In this document: piece after piece, positions 60,355 through 64,000 of the stretch
How the letters are laid out: each line of letters starts with the position of its first letter
Position numbering within the stretch: the stretch's first letter is position 1
From: Nitrospirales bacterium
Lineage (GTDB): Bacteria; Nitrospirota; Nitrospiria; Nitrospirales; UBA8639
Direction: 5' to 3'
Length of the DNA stretch: 64,000 nucleotides
Assembly: GCA_965203295.1 (NCBI GenBank)
Contig: CBDBCZ010000019.1
Span: forward strand, 160,001-224,000
Position numbers and translations under genes: made by a program
The notes under the pieces: model-generated
Database searches by the model: none
What the model was told of the DNA's origin: nothing
Seen by the model: only the letters and a program-made list of their open reading frames with translations

Positions 60355-63160
60355 ATGGCCTCCAAAACCGGGCCAGCCACTTCGCGGAGCGGCGTCCCAG
60401 TCACTCCGGCGCCAGCCACTCAGCACAGACCCCCCTCGGCGAAGAAGAAGCGGTTGGCGGAGGACAAGGCGGAGAGTTACTACCGCGTGGGGCTGATAGG
60501 GTCGGGGAACCTGGCCAGGGCTATCGTGGAGGGTCTGCTGGCTTCAGGTACGTTTTAGTAGAGCCAGGTTTCAGATTAGTCTCGTTTCCAGTCCCTCCAC
60601 GCACGGGAGATGCGTGGAGGATCTGGGAACGAGACTAGTTTCAGATACACCTATTCGTAAGTGACCATCATCATGAATATTAAAACTAGATTATCCCTTT
60701 CATTCATTCATAGGGCAGATTGGTCCATCCCACATTACAGCCTCTGCAACCAGTGAAACGTCAGAAAACTTGAAGAAAATGAAGGTGACTCCCAACCTAA
60801 TGAGTAGTATGGCTTCAAGAAATTGGATTTAGTTGACTTTAAAGAGGGAAAGTTTAGTCTAAAACACTTCTATAGTAGTTGTTAACCATATAACTGACAG
60901 GATTATTTTAGTTGTAGTTTATTCCTGCCCTTGAATTTTTAGTTTACTTCTAGTTTTTGCTCCTACTTATTCTTTTTAGTTTCTACTAGCACAACACTAA
61001 ACTTAACTACACAGGTCACCCCACCTTGTATTAGTAGCTACACTCCTGGCTGTATTTACCCAAATAATCTTTTTTCTTCTGCTTGCACAGTCATTCGGTG
61101 TGACTGTAACCTGCCACAATCGCGACGTAATCTTCAATTCGGACATCATCATAATCGCAGTGAAACCACACCAAGTGCTAGATGTAATGACAGAGATCCA
61201 GGCAGCCCACACTGAAGTACACTCCGTCTCCCAAGCCTCCACTCCAAAGAACCTTCGTCCGCTGATCGTGTCTGTGGCTGCTGGCATTACTATTAGCGAT
61301 ATGGAACAGAAGGTTTGTGCTACAGCTTACCAGTAGGTGATATACCAGGCTAGAAGAGAAGTAATGCACCGTTAAGGGTGTCACATAGACCTGTTTTTGC
61401 TTGGGTCAGTCTATAGCCTTGTTCCTAGGCTTCTGTCCAAACGAAGGTCAATCACATGGATATAGTTATACAGGATATAGGTGGCCAGGTGGGAAGGGGC
61501 GCATGCAGGATTGAGATAAATGAGGGAACTAGAAGTACTTTATATTTTCCTCTTTGTTCATTCCTCCCTCCTTCTTTCTCACCGCCCCACAGACGGAAAT
61601 CTCCTGGAACATGGGAGGCTCTGCTATCACTGGTCACGTTCCGCTGATACGCTGCTTGCCTACCCTTGGGTGCTGTGTTCGAGCTGGGGTGACTGTTTAT
61701 GCCAGGGGAAGATTTTGTAACGACTCCGATACGACCCCTTTCGTGACAGTGTTTTCACTCATTGGGCACTGTGAAGAAGTGCTGGAGAAATACATCGATA
61801 CCTTTGCAGCCTATGGCAGTGCCGTTGCTTTTGTAAGCAAGTCTGATGTACCACTACTGTCACTACTGTGACTACTGAAAACCGTAGCATCATGTAGCAA
61901 TATCTTCTTTTGCTATGCATGCAAGCGAGTGATAGAGTGAGGTTGAAGTATGTATGGTTGAGGATGTGTCTTGCCCCTAACCTTATGATGTTTGCTGCGT
62001 CTCTGATATAATACGCAGTGGCCTTTTATAGCCGTGCACATTTGTAGCCTATAGCCTGTAAGCTCCTGCAGAATGTTTTATGGGTCAAAAGACATATCCC
62101 CTAAACCCACCCAGCGCTACTAGAAATCTTTCCCATGTTCTAAGCATGTAGCTTACTTCATAGTTATAGGTATAAACTGTTGTTCTTCCAGATGTCCATT
62201 GCTGTGGAGGCTCTGGCAGATGGTGGAGTGTTGGCAGGGATCCCAAGACCCATGGCACAGAGAATATCAGCACACACCATGATTGTGAGACCCTGACTGT
62301 TGGTAGAGCACTGTATGCATGGTTCTATAGTTATCATACTCTGGGTACATGTATATAGTGTGCATTCTAGTGTGTCAGAATAATGTTTTACTGAAGTACC
62401 ATTAAATTTTAACTGCTTAATTCACAGAGTGCAGCAAAGATAATCTTAGAAGGAAAGAAGCACCCAGGTGAGGTAAGTATTAACCAGGATGGTATGGAGG
62501 AAGCAGACAAAGGATTCAATTAAGTGGCTGTGTGTTTGTGTAGTGTGGTTTTATCTAATTCGGTTTCAGTGACCTGACTGACCCAGCATATGGTACATGT
62601 ACAGTAATCAGTCTTCAACTGACCCAGCATATGGTACATGTACAGTAATTAGTATTCATTGCAATGACATTTTTGAATAACTATACTGATGCTATAAAAC
62701 TGTTGCATAAGTACAGAAAAATATGCATTGGCGGGAAGAGTCAAGCCCACTGGAATTGAATTGTACAAATAATGTGCAAACAAGATTACCATTTGCGATA
62801 ATAAAGTGGAACCCCTTTAATGGGAACTCTTTGGAGGACCTGGTAAAGTGTCCTATATAGAGAGGTGTCTTCATTTCTGGGGTAAATTTATCCTGAGGAT
62901 TGGGACATCTCAAAGTGCCAGAGGTGTCCTTAATTCAGGGGTGTGGGTTCCACTGTATATACTTGTGTCTGTTATGCTGTTTATTACAGTTTTCCAGTTG
63001 CTTACAAAATATAATTTCTCATCAGGTGAAAGACGCAGTCTCCTCCCCCGCTGGTACCACAATACACGGGATCCAGGTGCTGGAAAGAGCTGGCTTCCGC
63101 TCAGCACTCATGGATGCCTTAAAGACGGCCAAGGATAGGGCAGAACAACTTAGACAGTGA
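60355..63160 (+). CDS. Pyrroline-5-carboxylate reductase family protein (divergent)
   Basis: Exons approx. 60355-60547, 60714-60784, 61091-61312, 61593-61831, 62192-62284, 62428-62472, 63026-63160. VGLIGSGNLA Rossmann motif, IIAVKPH, IVSVAAGI, EALADGGVLAGIPR, HPGE|VKDAVSSPAGTTIHG. Confidence 0.9.
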
Positions 63161-63627
63161 CTGCTACTCCCAGTGATTATTGTTTTGTTATATCGTTTGC
63201 TTACTCGAGCGAGTTCTGACTCTTTACCGTTATATGATGTAATGGGGATGAAAGGAGACACTAAAATTAATGTCATGAAATTTGCATGTTTTTTGTGTTT
63301 TATATCAAACATGCAAGCACAAAAACGCACGTTTCCATGTCACTTAGTGCCTACTTTTCCATAAGCGGTAAAGAGTCTATTACCCACGTTCAGGTTTTAA
63401 CTTGGGGACGAGGGTTAGTGGGTGGGGCTAGTACGTGTGCACGTGGTCGTAATCAGCTGATCGCGAAGATGACCACGGTACGGTGCGTATAGTGTGCCTA
63501 CTACAGCCATAGCTACGCTATGTATGTATAAGTATAGTATACACCATATACCACTCCAGGTAGCTGTGAACACCAACACCCAGCAGTAAACGGATTGACG
63601 ATAGCTGTATCGTGAGTTCACCGCATT

Positions 63628-64000
63628 ATGGTGTCCGACCAGTTCTTGATAGTTGCAATTTTTCTTGGAGCTTGTACAGCATGCTGCAGGGCAGACGCAA
63701 TATACTATGTAACACCGAATTCCTCGGCATCCTGTCACGAAGCTACTCATGAATGTCATACTCTCCTCTTCTACGTACAAAATGCACGACAGTATTTTGT
63801 CTCGGACACCATGTTCGTCTTCTTGCCTGGGAATCACAGCTTGGGTGTCGGAGAACTGGTTCTGATACAAAATGAGGCAAACCTGACACTGATTGGAAAT
63901 GATACCCTTCTGCCTGTCCGGTACAATGAAGCGCAGTGGTTGGAATCAACAAGCAGGATCGTTTGTAGTAATTTTTCTGGATTTGCCTTTGCCAACATAA
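63628..64000 (+). CDS. N-terminus of a secreted or membrane protein (putative pectin-lyase-fold/Pmp-repeat-like family); open to window edge
   Basis: Stop-free frame absent from the ORF track: MVSDQFLIVAIFLGACTACCRADAIYYVTPNSSASCHEATHECHTLLFYVQNARQYFVSDTMFVFLPGNHSL...NLTLIG...SRIVCSNFSGFAFANI. Signal peptide plus YYVTP..C..C.TL and FLPGxH motifs. Confidence 0.7.
   Translation, partial: MVSDQFLIVAIFLGACTACCRADAIYYVTPNSSASCHEATHECHTLLFYVQNARQYFVSDTMFVFLPGNHSLGVGELVLIQNEANLTLIGNDTLLPVRYNEAQWLESTSRIVCSNFSGFAFANI

Overview
This is eukaryotic (animal) genomic DNA: gene-dense, with GT-AG introns, many microsatellites and MITE-like repeats. The gene set, compactness and the family at the right edge suggest a sponge (demosponge), but this is inference. 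Spliced by hand, the window holds, in order: prolyl endopeptidase (PREP, 5'-truncated) with a CAP/GLIPR1-like gene nested antisense in one intron; UQCC2 head-to-head with cathepsin B; a 15-exon armadillo protein matching fungal Vac8 along its length, with a cyclin B gene and a tRNA-Thr-like element in its introns; an RE/RG-rich Btz/SELOR-motif (THRAP3/BCLAF1/CASC3-like) protein; a bacterial-type AlkD DNA glycosylase with introns; two identical, inverted 5S rRNA genes bracketing a sulfotransferase with an uninterrupted CDS; ZC2HC1A head-to-head with a CCDC73 homolog; a divergent pyrroline-5-carboxylate reductase; and the start of a secreted or membrane protein running off the window. The most striking features are the 5S>SULT<5S cassette beside AlkD, the animal Vac8, (AC)n tracts in place of polypyrimidine tracts, intronic repeats copied from splice junctions, and hammerhead-like motifs. 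Exon coordinates were read by eye and may be off by a few bases. Homology calls come from recalled motifs, not database searches.
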